Shown here piece by piece: positions 1-24,622 of a DNA stretch of 64,000 nt. Within the stretch, counting starts at the first letter, position 1. Each line of letters starts with the position of its first letter. Source of the stretch: Chrysomallon squamiferum. Its lineage: Eukaryota; Animalia; Mollusca. The position numbers were made by a program, and so were the translations under genes. Location: contig CM022679.1 of the NCBI GenBank assembly GCA_012295275.1, positions 21,328,001 to 21,392,000 on the forward strand, written 5' to 3'. Under the pieces are notes generated by a model. The model saw only the letters and a list, made by a program, of their open reading frames with translations. It was not told the origin of the DNA and made no database searches.

Positions 1-263
1 GTATTATTTATATCTGAATTTATTCATTTTAAAATTTTATCTTATCCGTTTTTAAAATAATTGAAAATTATTAATTTACAAATACATTTAAAAAAAAAAA
101 AAAAATAATTTTTTTATTTATTTATCTCAAAATAATAATTTAAATTGAATAGTCATTTAAATTTAACCTTTCCAAATTAATAATAATAGTTATTACATAT
201 CATTCGCTTGAAAACAATTATTAATATTCATTTATATTCATGTATGCATGTTTATTTCTACAG

Positions 264-4016
<3,753 letters not shown>

Positions 4017-5381
4017 ATATTCTGGTGTTACCTCTAGAACAGAGAGAAAGTGAATGTTCTTGTGTTCCCTCTAGAACAGACAGAAAGTGAATGTTCTTGT
4101 GTTCCCTCTAGAACAGACAGAAAGTGAATGTTCTCGTGTTCCCTCTAGAACAGACAGAAAGTGAATGCTCTTGTGTTCCCTCTAGAACAGACAGAAAGTG
4201 AATGTTCTTGTGTTCCCTCTAGAACATACAGAAAGTGAATGTTCTTGTGTTACCTCTAGAACATGCAGAAAGTGAATGTTCTCCTGTTACCTCTAGAACA
4301 GACAGAAAGTGAATGTTCTCTTGTTCCCTCTAGAACAGATAGAAAATCAATGGATTCTTGTTCCCTCTAGAACAGATAGAAAATCAATGGATTCTTGTTC
4401 CCTCTAGAACAGACAGAAAATCAATGGATTCTTGTTTCCTCTAGAACATACAAAAAAACGAGTGTTCTGCTGATTTGACAACAACATAGTCTTTGAAACT
4501 GACGAAGATACCTGCACGTTATCAGTGACAAAAAGCAATACTTTCTTTATCATGAAGTATTAATCTATGTTGTATTATATACAGACAGTGTTGCCGTTTC
4601 TTCTGCTGGTTGTAAGTGATATCGTAATATATGCAGACAGTGATGTAATTTATTACTGTCCATGATTTAGTGATATACAGCCTTTGCTGTTTACGAAGCA
4701 CAAAAACTGCAACTGATTCACCCAATTTCATTACTGTGATGTCGGCAACGTGAATGCTTGTTTCGTAAACTATTATAATTAATAACTTACATTATAAATG
4801 TATCCATATAATGTGTACAGGTAATGTCCATGTGTGTGCGTTTGAATGTTTACATCTGTGAACACAAATATAGTCAACGTCTTGCCAGTCATGTACTATG
4901 TATTAAAGTGTACGTTTTTATTATTATTTTTTAAGTCTTCTGAGACTGAACTTTTGCTTGCACGTTTTTACAGACCATAATAGTCCCACCGTAGTAAAAA
5001 GAAAAAAAAAAAAAAAATCTGTGATCACCTGAAAAGCTCTTGTTTTATGATGAAAAGGAAAATGGAGCGTACATAAACATTGTGCACGATTTCTTTTCAC
5101 AGTCATTGTTCAGTCATTGTTTGTGCAAACAAGTCAAAAGCAGTATTACTGAATGTTTATTAAAATATTTCTCAACAGACACTCTTTTGTTGTGCTTATT
5201 TTAAATTCATAATTATACAGAAAGAGTTTGAATATATATATATACGTGTGTGTGTGTGTGTGTGTGTTGTGTGTGTGTGTGTTGTGTCTGTGTGTGTGTG
5301 TGTTGTCTGAGGATGTGTGCAAAATAATAAATAAATAAAAGTAACATGATAGACATACTTCATGATTTGTGAACATGAACA

Positions 5382-5419
<38 letters not shown>

Positions 5420-5824
5420 ATAAGATTTAGATATAGATAATTTATGTTCGGATTAGGAACTAATGTAAATAACTATCACATGATAAAACTTATAAAGAGT
5501 AATGTAATTAATGTTAATGGGCTGTAACTGACAAATATGCTATCATTATCACCACCTTGATACGTATCAAACAAATAATAAAAAATAAAAAAAAATAAAA
5601 AAAATCAAATAAACTAAACCACAACACTGGATGTACATATATATAAAAATCAAAATGGCGGAGTTTTCCCCGTTCTTTGATTAAGCTATTAGAGTGATTG
5701 CTCTGCCAGAATGTTTGTACATACAAACACAAATACTCGTTTCTTCTTGCTTCATCCAAATATCACTCACACTTTTGCTCCCTCTAACCACTGAATCGCA
5801 TCTCAAAAAAGGACTTAGTAGCCC

Positions 5825-5857
<33 letters not shown>

Positions 5858-5893
5858 ATACACACACACACATACACACACACACACACACAT

Positions 5894-5927
<34 letters not shown>

Positions 5928-6811
5928 TTTAGTTTGTCGTTAGATAATATCACACATGTATAAATGTGTTGTGTATGTGTTAGTAAATTTTAAATATATT
6001 TTAGTTTGTCGTTAAATATATAATTAAAACATATTATACATTTTGCACAACAGTCTATTTATTTGAAACATAGTTTGACATTAAATAATGTAACAATATT
6101 TTATACATTTTACACAAATAATTTATTTTAAAAATAATTTGATATTAAATAATGTAACAATTCTTTTTATACATTTTACACAAATGGTTTATTTTAAAAA
6201 TGATTTGATATTAAATAATGTGAAATTATTTTATACATATGGCACAAATAGTTTGTTTTAAACTCAGTACGACATTAAATAATATAAAACTAGTCTATTT
6301 TAAATTAATCCATAGTTTGACATTATATAACATTATAGTACACATTTTTCACAACAGTCCATTTATTTTAAACACAGTATTTATGATACAAAAATAAATA
6401 AACGATTAAATATACAAAAGAATAACACCTAGGAGAGTAATGTTTTAGAATGTGTTTTGTAAGTACGTATGGACGATATGTCAATTTACAAATTTTTAAA
6501 CATCTTTCTTTCAGATAGTTTTCATATGTGCTTATTTCCAGTTTATCAGAGTAAAATTTATTTATAACAAAACAGTAATATGTAGGTTTCTGGGTGTTCT
6601 TTTCTTTTCTTTTTTTTTTAAATAAAGAATGAAAGAAAACATGTTTTGAACTCTGTCTACCATAAACTACACATTCAAAACAACGTGAGTAAAACCTTTT
6701 CCGTCTGACTGCGCAGCTCGCAGTGTACTTTGAAAAAGGAAGCAATTCAAGAAGGGGATTGATTCCCTTAGCTTTCACGTATGTTAACTTATCTGTCATT
6801 TCTTTTTATAA

Positions 6812-6856
<45 letters not shown>

Positions 6857-7603
6857 AAAATGTGGTATGTATGTGTGTGTGCGTCCATAGCTAATATATT
6901 TTAGTTTGTCGTTAAATAATATCACATTGTATTATGCATTGTGTATAGTTAGTAAATTTAGAATCTAACATTATAATTAAAACATTATATTATACATTTT
7001 GCACAACAGTCTATTTATTTTAAACATAGTTTGACATTAAATAATGTAAAATTATTTTATACATTTGGCACAAATAGTTTATTTTAAACTCAGTACGACA
7101 TTAAATAATATAATACTGTATTATACATTTTGTAAAACTAGACTATTTTTAACCATAGTTTGACATTATACAATATAACATTATAGTACACATTTTTCAC
7201 AACAGTCCGTTTATTTTAAACACATAATGATATTAAAATTAATAAACGATTAAATATACAAAAGATTAACACGAGGAGAGTAATGTTTTAGAATGTGTTT
7301 TGTAAGTACGTATGAACATCTTTCTTTCAGATGGTAAAACTAAGTGTTCATATGTGCTGATTTCCAGTTTATCAGAGTAAAATTTATTTAGAACAAAACA
7401 GTTATATGCTGTTGTTGTTGTAGTTGTTTTGTTTTTTTTAAAAAGAATTAAAAAAACAAAAAAAAACCAAACATATGTTTTGAACTTTGTCTACCATATA
7501 AACTACACATTCAGAACAACGTGAATTAAAATAAATGTCTGACCTAGTTTTCATGTGACTAAGCAACTCGCAGTGTACTTTGAAAAAGGAAGCAATTCAA
7601 GAA

Positions 7604-7613
7604 GGGGATTCCC
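7604..7613 (+). promoter_or_regulatory. NF-kappaB consensus site GGGGATTCCC
   Basis: Exact match to GGGRNWYYCC in very AT-rich DNA upstream of copy B. Function is inferred. Confidence 0.55.
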
Positions 7614-8389
7614 TCAGCGTTCACGTATGTTAACTTATTTATAGCCTTTGACTATCGTTTCTTTTTATAAACATTGCACTGGAAATATTAAAAATAGGTC
7701 GTGGTGTTATTTGTTCGTTCATTCATTCATTTTTGCGTTTGTTTATTCATTTGTTCTTTCATTTATTTATTCATTTCTTTGTTAATTTATTCACATACAC
7801 ACAAAGGTTAGACAAAACATGATTACATAATATAGTTTTTTATTCATTCATCAATACGTATATTGATTGAGTCACTGACATACAGGTTTATTCAGAACTT
7901 TAACATGTCTAGGTAATGTTTACCTATTTGTATAAAATTTTAAAGTTCTCATATAAATGCATATAATATAATGTACGCAATTATCTGTATAAATTTGCAT
8001 TAAATTATCATCTGTCTTAATTTAAGCCGAATTTAATAAAAAAAAAAAAATTAAAAATAAAAAAAAAATAAAAGAGTCATCTTTCATAATAATGAAGAAA
8101 AGACAGGCCTATGATGCGGTTATTTTCTGATTTGTTTAGTTTAAACATAGTTTGACATGAAATAATATAATATTATTATACACTTTGCATAAATAGTTTA
8201 TTTAAAAAACATAGGTTGACATTAAATAATGGAACATTATTTTATACATTTTGCACAAACAGGTTTTTTTAAACATAGTATGGCATTAAATAATATAACT
8301 CTGTATTATACATTTTGTTTAACTAGTATGATATTAAAATTAATAACATAACACTATTGTATACTTTGAAAAACGAAGTAATTCTAGGA

Positions 8390-8399
8390 GGGGATTCCC
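8390..8399 (+). promoter_or_regulatory. NF-kappaB consensus site GGGGATTCCC
   Basis: Exact match; second module copy. Confidence 0.55.
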
Positions 8400-9217
8400 T
8401 CAGCGTTCACGTATATTAACTTATCTATTGCCCTTGAAAATCATTTCTTTTTATAAACATTGCATTGGAAATATTAAAGATGGCTGAAATGCACGATCGT
8501 TACGTATCCATAACGTTGCAGAGATTTCATTTAGAAAACGAGCAGATTTTAAAAACTGGACGAAACCAGATTTGTTTTAAATATTTTAATTAATTTTTCT
8601 TAGATGAGAGCTATTTGATCAGTTAATATCATTTTGTTTTAATTGTTAGACAAAAAACATCATGGTCGTGATGTCGTTTGTTTGTTCATTTATTCACATA
8701 CACACAACGGTTAGACAAAATATGATTACATAATATAGTTTTTTATTCATTCATCAATCCGTATATTCATTGAGTCATTGACGTACTGGTTTATTGAGAA
8801 CTTTAACATAGGTAATATTTACCGTGTTGTTAAAATTTTAAACATCTCATATAAATGCATATAATATAACGTACGCAATTATTTATATAAATTTGCATTA
8901 AATTTTCATCTGTCTTAATTTAAGGCGAATTTAGTAAAACAAAGAAGAAAGAAAAAGGAATCATCTTCCATAATACAGACAAAAAGAGAGGCCTATGATG
9001 CGGTTATTTGTTTATTTGTTTATTTGTCATAAGAATAAAATGAAAATAAATAAAAGAAATGAAAGATAATAAAGTAAAAAGAAAGAAAAAAATGAACTAA
9101 AGCAAGAAACGAAGAAAAGAATAATAAACAAAGAGATAAATATATAAATAAATTACACGAAATAATAAATAAAATGGAATAAATTAAACAAAATAAAAAG
9201 TAAAATTAAAATTAATT

Positions 9218-9249
<32 letters not shown>

Positions 9250-10459
9250 AAAATAAAATAAAATAAAATAAAATAAAATTGCGCCTTAAATTCGGTGGAC
9301 AATTTAAAACCCACTCAAAACAACTTGAAACATTTTATGTGCCTGACCTGCCTTTCATGGCACTCAGAGGAGTTTGGAGAGGAAGTAATTCGAAGGGTCA
9401 TCCACTCAGCATTCAGGTATATTAAAAATCTATAGACCGAAAATGTCATTCGCTGTTGGAGATTTAGAACTGTAAACTTCATACGGACTTGATATGCACG
9501 AACGTAACATATCACTAACCTAGCAGAGGTTTGACACTGAAAACAAACAGACTCCAGAAACTCGAAGAAATCAGGTTTGATTTTAAATATTTGGACTTAT
9601 TTTGTTTATTAATAATTTTGTACATTAAATAACTGTAATTTCGTTTCGAGTCTGAATCATTTTTGAGATAAACAACAGTTACGAAAAGAAGCAGAATTCG
9701 GTTGTTAAATACTAACTGCTAGATACCTTGACATTTTTAGTTTCCATACAATACACTGTGAACATCGTGTGACGTGTTTTTAAGTTACTGTTACTAGCTC
9801 AATATTCATTATCTGTGACTGTGACGATAGACATACGAGTGATTCGTTGCACTGTGTTCTGTCCTTGCTATAAACCCAGTTCAGCCACTGTATTCTTAAC
9901 ACAGTTTTACTTCACACTAACTCAAATCTACTGCTGGCGGATAACCGCTCTGACCGGTATAGGTTGATATCACGCACGTAATGTCCACGAGACAATAAAA
10001 TTATAAACACCGATTTGGCTTGGTATGAAATATGATAAGTGCGGCAGCAGCAGTTTAGTAATCAGTAAGATAACCGTAGACTAACTCATATTTATTTTTA
10101 AAAATGTCCACATTTCTTTTGTAGGCCTACGTACTAATTCTTCTTGTATTTATTATTACTGTTGTTGTGGTTGTTTTTCTCTTGTTTACTAGTATTAACA
10201 GTATTATTGTTGTTTTTCTTTTAATTGTTATTATAGTAGTAGTAGTTTTCTTGTTGTTGTTGTTGATGTGGATGTTTTCATCAGTACGTTTATTCCACAA
10301 AACCTTGTCAGCTTCAAGAGAAATGTATCTAGCTGAATGATAGAGATTATTCAACCAATAAGGCTATACGCCCTTGTGTCTCAGTTCACAGGCTTGAGAA
10401 AGAATAATTATAACAGATATCTGTATGTTAACAATTAAATGTTTATTTTTCAGTCAGCA

Positions 10460-10929
10460 ATGGCTTCTTCAGACCGCCCAGCTAGCATGAAGAGGCACTG
10501 TACAATCATCCACACTGATGACGCTGTTCAGTGGTGCGAGTACGCCAAGAAACTGTTCGCCAAAGACAAACGACAACATTTAACCATAGACAGTATCAAC
10601 ATAGATGAACTGGACTACGAAAACTCACCACAAATAGAGGCTGCAATCAAAAACTCTTATCTCGTGGTAATCCTCACATCTCCGGACATGAAGACTTTCA
10701 TTTTAGAAAAATCTTCCTGGTTTATATATATATATATATATTATTTTGATTACTTTTTCTTTTTTTTTAAATGAATTTTATGACTTGGATTATGAACAAT
10801 AAAGAATAAAAGCTGAAGAATATTGTAAATAGCCATATGACCTTGAAAGGTAGTTATTTATTTATTTACGTATTGTGTTCCGACTAACAGAGCAAGCTGC
10901 TGATGATGTTTATAGTCGTACTGGAAAAG
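10460..10929 (+). pseudogene. BCAP-like copy B, internally deleted (partial TIR exon joined to downstream intron/exon remnants)
   Basis: ATG at 10460 lies just after an intact acceptor. 88 codons (through ...EKSSWF, 10723) are nearly identical to copy C. The sequence then jumps into intron DNA matching ~1955-2018, followed by a fragment of the exon encoding RLTEQAAD..SRTGK (10881-10929). The ORF stops at 10774. Confidence 0.85.
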
Positions 10930-11820
10930 CAGTGTGTGTGTTTGTATAAATGTGTGGTATGTATGTGTGTGTGCTTCCATAGCTAATATATTTTAGTTTG
11001 TCGTTAAATAATATCATTGTATTATGCATTGTGTATAGTTAGTAAATTTTAAACAGAATCTGACAATATAATTAATACATTATATTATACATTTTGTACA
11101 ACAGTCTATTTATTTGAAAAATAGTTTGACATTAACTAATGTAACAATATTTTATACATTTTACACAAATAGTTTATTTTAAAAATAATTTGATATTAAA
11201 TAATGTAACAATTCTTTTTATACATTTTACACAAATGGTTTATTTTATAAAATAATTTGATATTAAATAATGTGAAATTATTTTATACATTTGGCACAAA
11301 TAGTTTGTTTTAAACTCAGTACGACATTAAATAATATAAAACTAGTCTATTTTTAACCATAGTTTGACATTATATAACATTATAGTACACATTTTTCACA
11401 ACAGTCCATTTATTTTAAACACAGTATGATACTAAAATAAATAAACGATTAAATATACAAAAGAATAACACCTAGGAGAGTAATGTTTTAGAATGTGTTT
11501 TGTAAGTACGTATGGACGATATGTCAATTTACAAATTTTTAAACATCTTTTTTTCAGATAGTGTTCATATGTGCTTATTTACAGTTTATCAGAGTAAAAT
11601 TTATTTATAACAAAACAGTAATATGTAGGTTTCTGAGTGTTCTTTTCTTTTTCTTTTTTCTTTTTTTTTTTTAAATAAAGAATGAAAGAAAACATGTTTT
11701 GAACTCTGTCAACCATAAACTACACATTCAGAACAACGTGAATTAAAATAAATGTCTGACCTAGTTTTCATGTGACTAAGCAACTCGCAGTGTACTTTGA
11801 AACAGGAAGCAATTCTAGGA

Positions 11821-11830
11821 GGGGATTCCC
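11821..11830 (+). promoter_or_regulatory. NF-kappaB consensus site GGGGATTCCC
   Basis: Exact match, upstream of copy C. Confidence 0.55.
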
Positions 11831-12597
11831 TCAGCGTTCACGTATGTTAACTTATCTGTCATTTCTTTTTATAAACATTGCACTGGAAATATTAAAAATA
11901 TTAAAAATATAAAAAATAGCACCAAGGTTGTGGTGTCATTTGTTCGTTCATTCATTCATTTTTGTGTTTGTTTATTCATTTGTTCTTTCATTTATTTAAT
12001 CATTTCTTTGTTAATTTATTCACATACAAACAACGGTTAGACAAAACATGATTACATAATATAGTTTTTTATTCATTCATCAATACGTATATTGATTGAG
12101 TCACTGACATACAGGTTTATTCAGAACTTTAACATAGCTAGGTAATATTAATCTATCTGTTTAAAATTTCAAAGTTCTCATATAAATGCATATAATATAA
12201 TGTACGCAATTATTTGTATAAATTTGTATTAAATTATCATCTGTCTTAATTTAAGCCGACATTTAATAAATAATAATAAAAAAATCATCTTTCATAATAA
12301 TGAAGAAAAGACAGGCCTATGATGCGGTTATTTTCTGATTTGTTTAGTTTAAACATAGTTTGACATTAAATAATATAATATTATTATACACTTTGCATAA
12401 ATAGTTTATTTAAAAAACATAGGTTGACATTAAATAATGGAACATTATTTTACACATTTGGCACAAACAGGTTTTTTTAAACATAGTATGGCATTAAATA
12501 ATATAACTCTGTATTATACATTTTGTTTAACTAGTATGATATTAAAATTAATAACATAACACTATTGTATACTTTGAAAAACGAAGTAATTCTAGGA

Positions 12598-12607
12598 GGG
12601 GATTCCC
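12598..12607 (+). promoter_or_regulatory. NF-kappaB consensus site GGGGATTCCC
   Basis: Exact match, upstream of copy C. Confidence 0.55.
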
Positions 12608-14673
12608 TCAGCGTTCACGTATATTAACTTATCTATTGCCCTTGAAAATCATTTCTTTTTATAAACATTGCATTGGAAATATTAAAGATGGCTGAAGTGC
12701 ACGATCGTAACGTATCCATAACGTTGCAGAGATTTCATTTAGAAAACGAGCAGATTTTAAAAACTGGACGAAACCAGATTTGTTTTAAATATTTTAATTA
12801 CTTTTTCTTAGATAAGAGCTGTTTTATCTGTCAATATCATTTTGTTTTAATTGTTAGACAAAAAAACGCAATGGTCGTGATCTCGTTTGTTTGTTCATTT
12901 GTTCCTTCATTTATTTATTTTTTGTTTGTCAATTTATTCACATACACACAACGGTTAGACAAAACATGATTACATAATATACTTATTTATTCTTTCATCA
13001 ATATGTACATTGATTGAGTCATTGACATACAGGTTTATTGAGAACTTTAACATAGGTAATATTTACCTTGTTGTTAAAATTTTAAACTTCTCATATAAAT
13101 GCATATAATATAACGTATGCAATTATAAATATAAATTTGGATTAAATTATCATCTGTCTTAATTTAAGGCGAATTTAATAAAACAAAGAAGAAAAAAAAG
13201 AATCATCTTTCATAATACAGACAAAAAGAGAGGCCTATGATGCGGTTATTTGTTTATTTTTCATAAGAATAAAATGAAAATAAATAAAAGAAATGAAAGA
13301 TAATAAAGTAAAAAGAAAGAAAAAATGAACTAAAGCAGAAATGAAGAAAAGAATAATAAACAAACAGATAAATAAATAAATAAATTACACGAAATAATAA
13401 ATAAAATAAAATAAATCAAACAAAATAAAAAGTAAAATAAAGAAAAAGTAAAATTAAAATTTACTAAAAAAAATAAATATATATATATATACAATAAAAA
13501 AATAAAAATAAAAAATACAACTGCGCTGTAAATTCGGTGGACCATTCAAAACAACCTGAAACATGATATCTGCCCTACCTACCTTTGACGGCACATAGAG
13601 GACTTTGAACAAGGAAGTAATTCGAAGGGTACACCCCCAGCATTCAGGTATATTAACAAATCTATAGACCGAGAACGTCATTCGCTGTTGAGATTTAGTA
13701 AGCTTCATACGGACTTGAAATGCACGAAAGAAACGGATCACTAACCTCGCAGTGGTTTGACTCTGAAAACAAACAGACTCTAGAAACTCGAAGAAATCAG
13801 GTTTGTTTTTAAATATTTAGACTTATTTTATTTATTAATAATTTTGTACTTTAAATAATTGTAATTTTGTGTCGAGTTTGAATAATTCTCAGATAAACAA
13901 CAGTTATGAAAAGAAGCAGAATTCGGTTGTTAAATACTAACTGCTAGATCACCTTGACATTTTTAATTTCCATACAATACACTGTGAACATGGTCTGACG
14001 TGTTTTTAAGTTACTGTTACTAGCTTAATATTCATTGTCTGTGACTGTGACGATAGACATACGAGTGATTCGTTGCACTGTGTTCTGTCCTTGCTATAAA
14101 CCCAGTTCAGCCACTGTATTCTTAACACAGTTTTACTTCACACTAACTCAAATCTACTGCTGGCGGATAACAGCTCAGACTGACCGGTATAGGTTGAAGT
14201 CACGCACGTAATGTCCACGAGACAATAAAATTATAAACACTGATTTGGCTTTGTATGAAATATGATAAGTGTGGCAGCATCAGTTTAGTAATCAGTTAGA
14301 TAACCGTAGACTAACTCATATTTATTTTTAAAATGTCGACATTTCTTTGTAGGCCTTCGTACTAATTCTTCTTGTATTTATTATTACTGTTGTTGTGGTT
14401 GTTTTTCTCTTGTTTACTAGTATTAACAGTATTATTGTTGTTTTTCTTTTAATTGTTATTATAGTAGTAGTAGTTTTCTTGTTGTTGTTGTTGATGTGGA
14501 TGTTTTCATTGGTACTTTTATTCAGCTTCAAGAGAAATGTATCTAGCTGAATGATAGGGATTAATCAGCCACTAAAGCTATACGCCCTTGTGTCTCAGTT
14601 CACAAGCTTGAGAAAGAATAATTACAACAGATATCTGTATGTTAACAATTAAATGTTTGTTTTTCAGTCAGCA

Positions 14674-21556
<6,883 letters not shown>

Positions 21557-24556
21557 TTGTTTTCGTGTTCCCTCTAGAACAAACAGAAAGTGAATGTTCT
21601 CGTGTTCCCTCTAGAACAAACAGAAAGTGAATGTTTTCGTGTTACCTCTAGAACAAACAGAAAGTGAATGTTTTCGTGTTCCCTCTAGAACAGACAGAAA
21701 GTGAATGTTTTCGGGTTCCATCTAGAACAGACATAAAAACAATGGATTCTTGCTTCCTCTAGAACATACAGAAAGTGAATATTCTTGTGTTCCCTCTAGA
21801 ACAAACAGAAAATCAATGGATTCTTGTGTTCACTCTAGAACAGACAGAAAATCAATGGATTCTTGTTTCCTCTAGAACATACAAAAAAACGAGTGTTCTG
21901 CTGATTTGACAACAACATAGTCTTTAAACTGATGAAGACACCTGCACGTTATCAGTAACAAAAAGCAATACTTTCTTTATTATGAAGTATTAATCTATGT
22001 TGTATTATATACAGACAGTGTTGCCGTTTCTTCTGTTGGTAATGAGTGATATGGTAATATATATAATATGATGTCTTCTGTAGTTTATTACTGACCATGA
22101 TTTTAGTGATACTTTGCGTTTGCTGTTTACGAAGCACAAAATGTGTAATTGATTAAGCAATTTCATTATTGTGATATCGGTAACGTGCATGCTTGTTTCA
22201 TGGTAGTATTTATACTCTGGTTATTACTGAATATGAGCATAATGTTAAAAGATCTTTATGTTTTGAAAAATATTATAATTACCTACGAAAAATGTGGTTG
22301 TCATTGTATGTATGTATATAATGTGTACAGGTAATGTCTATGTGGGTGTCTTTGCATGTTTACATCTGTGAACACAAATAATGTCAACTTCTTGCCATAC
22401 TATGTATTAAAGTGAATGTTTTTATTTATTTTTTTTAAGTCTTCTGAGACTGAACTTTTGCTTGGACGTTTTTACCCACCATAATAGTCCCACCGTAGTG
22501 AAAAAAACTAAACAAATCTGTGATCACCTGAAAAACTCATTGTTATGATGGAAAGAAAAACATTCTGCACGATTTCTTTTCACAGTGTAAGACTTTTAAT
22601 GATAACTTTTGTTCAATCATTCTTTGTGCAATCAAGTCTGAAGCAGTATTACTGAATATATATTAAAATATTTCTCAACAGACACTCTTTTGTTGTGCTT
22701 ATTATATATATATATAAAGACGTGTGTGCGTGTGTGTGGGTGTGTTGTGTTGTGTCTGTCTGAGCATGTGTGCAAAATAATAAATAAATAAAAGTAACAT
22801 GATAGACATACTTCCTGATTTGTGAACATGAACAAGAATGTATATATATATATAGAGAGATAGATAGATTATAGATATAGATAATAATGAAAGAATGAAG
22901 AGGTAACATGACAGACGTGCTTCCTGATTTATGTTCAGATTAGGAACTAATGTAAATAACTATGACATGATAAAACTTGTAAACAGTAATGTAATTCATG
23001 TTAATGAGCTGTAACTGACAAATATGCTATCATTATCACCACCCTGAATATGCATCAAACAAATACAAAAAAAAAATAATAATAATTTAAAAAAATAAAA
23101 AATAAAAACAAATAAAAAATAAATAAACAAATAAAAATACAACCACAACACTGGATGTACATATATATAAAAATGAAAATGGCGAAGAGAGTTTTTCCCG
23201 CTCTTTGATTAAGCTATTAGAGTGATTTTTGTACATAAAAACACAGTACTGAGTTCTTCTTGTTTCATCCAAATTTCACTCACAGTTTTGATCCCTCTGA
23301 CCACCTGAATCGCATCTCAAAAAAGGACACAGAAGCTTCACAGACACACACACATCTATAAAGGTGTGTTTATATATATGTGTGTGCGTGAGTGTTTGAG
23401 TGTGTATATATTATAATGAATATGCATTTTACTTCATGGTAACCAAAATATACGAATTACAAATTGTAGTACTTGACAAATTTATTACTAAAGCCTGAAG
23501 ATTTATCTTTTGTAATGAGTTGAAGTGTAAAAAAGACAGAGAAAATATTCTTAGGATATTTGTCAGATATCAGTAAAATCGTAAAATGCTGTTTTGTGGT
23601 ATTTTTTATAAACTGAATAATGTTAAAGACATTGTGTATATTACATATATGCATTCATTAACCATAAAAAGATTTTAAAAAAATTGGAGAAGAAATTATT
23701 ATTCTTAAAAGATGGTTTATATAATTCTCTTCAGAAGCCCAGAAAAACAGGATATATTAACTTGAGGTCGCGCAGTTCGAAAGACAGAAAGCTAAAAAGT
23801 AGGGTGCCTGACCACCCTAATCGTCCCATGGGGGTAAGGGCTTTTGAACACCGTTTCCCCAAGTTGACTTGATAAACGTATCGCCAGTTTAAGGGGGATA
23901 ACTCTATTTAATTTTATGATTGGGGGATATTAAACTAACTTTAAAAACTTCAATAACACGTGTAGTAAGAGAATTTTATTTTTATTTTTCTTAAGTTGAT
24001 AACATACGAGGTAATGTGATTTCATAACTTAAGTGTTTATAAAGTACACTTGAAATGTCTGATAGTGTTATCATTTCATGTCAAATCGTGTATTAAATTC
24101 AACAGAAGTTGAAATTCGCCAACGCTATTAATTATGAAAATTGAAACATTCTTCCGCTTTTTATCAAATGAGATCTATGGTTTCAAGTTTTTGTCGGTAA
24201 AACATTGCAAATAATGGTTTATTTTATCAGTATTTATCTTCATACAGTGATATGCTTGTTTACATAAATTTATGTTTTTACGCGTATTTGACGATTTATC
24301 ATCTGCTATCTGACAGTACACTTCTCATTGTCATAGGACAGAAAGTAGTGTGCAGTGTGTGTGTGTGTGTGTTTTAAGATAAGACTAAGCAACGGAGAAA
24401 CATTATAGGTTGTTGGGTTTCTTTATGTCCTCTATCCCTTGAGTATGCTTATAACAAATATAACTACCAAGATATTTAGAATTACTTAAAATGTATAAAC
24501 AGTAAGAGCAATCAGAAAAAAAAGAAAAAAAAAATAATAAAATAATAATAATAATA

Positions 24557-24622
<66 letters not shown>

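Larger units (their letters stand above)
5926..8850 (+). repeat. Nested tandem repeats (~0.8 kb module) in the upstream region of copy B
   Basis: Recurring blocks such as catagtttgacattaaataat, ggggattccctcagcgttcacgtat and cacatacacacaacggttagacaaaa. The kappaB-containing block falls at ~6750, ~7600 and ~8390. Confidence 0.85.
6850..10723 (+). repeat. Duplicated upstream region plus first coding exon; matches ~10945-14937
   Basis: Near-identical collinear sequence from tgtggtatgtatgtgtgtgtgc through gaaaaatcttcctggttt in both copies. Confidence 0.92.

Noticed and set aside
4045-4320. gaaagtgaa cores in the 3' repeat as ISRE/IRF sites
   Set aside because: They read GAAAGTGAAT rather than the full GAAANNGAAA, and are explained by the aga-aag-tga codons.
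4031-4460. The 37-bp repeat as a CRISPR array
   Set aside because: Units are directly adjacent with no unique spacers, there are no cas genes, and the unit derives from a eukaryotic exon.
12673-12969. 98-aa ORF in the repeated upstream module
   Set aside because: The paralogous copy at ~8465 has an in-frame stop, and no protein motif is recognisable.
23684-23930. GC-richer island between the BCAP cluster and the endonuclease IV gene as tRNA, SINE or ORF
   Set aside because: No cloverleaf, A/B boxes or terminal repeats could be established. It may be a repeat fragment or promoter.
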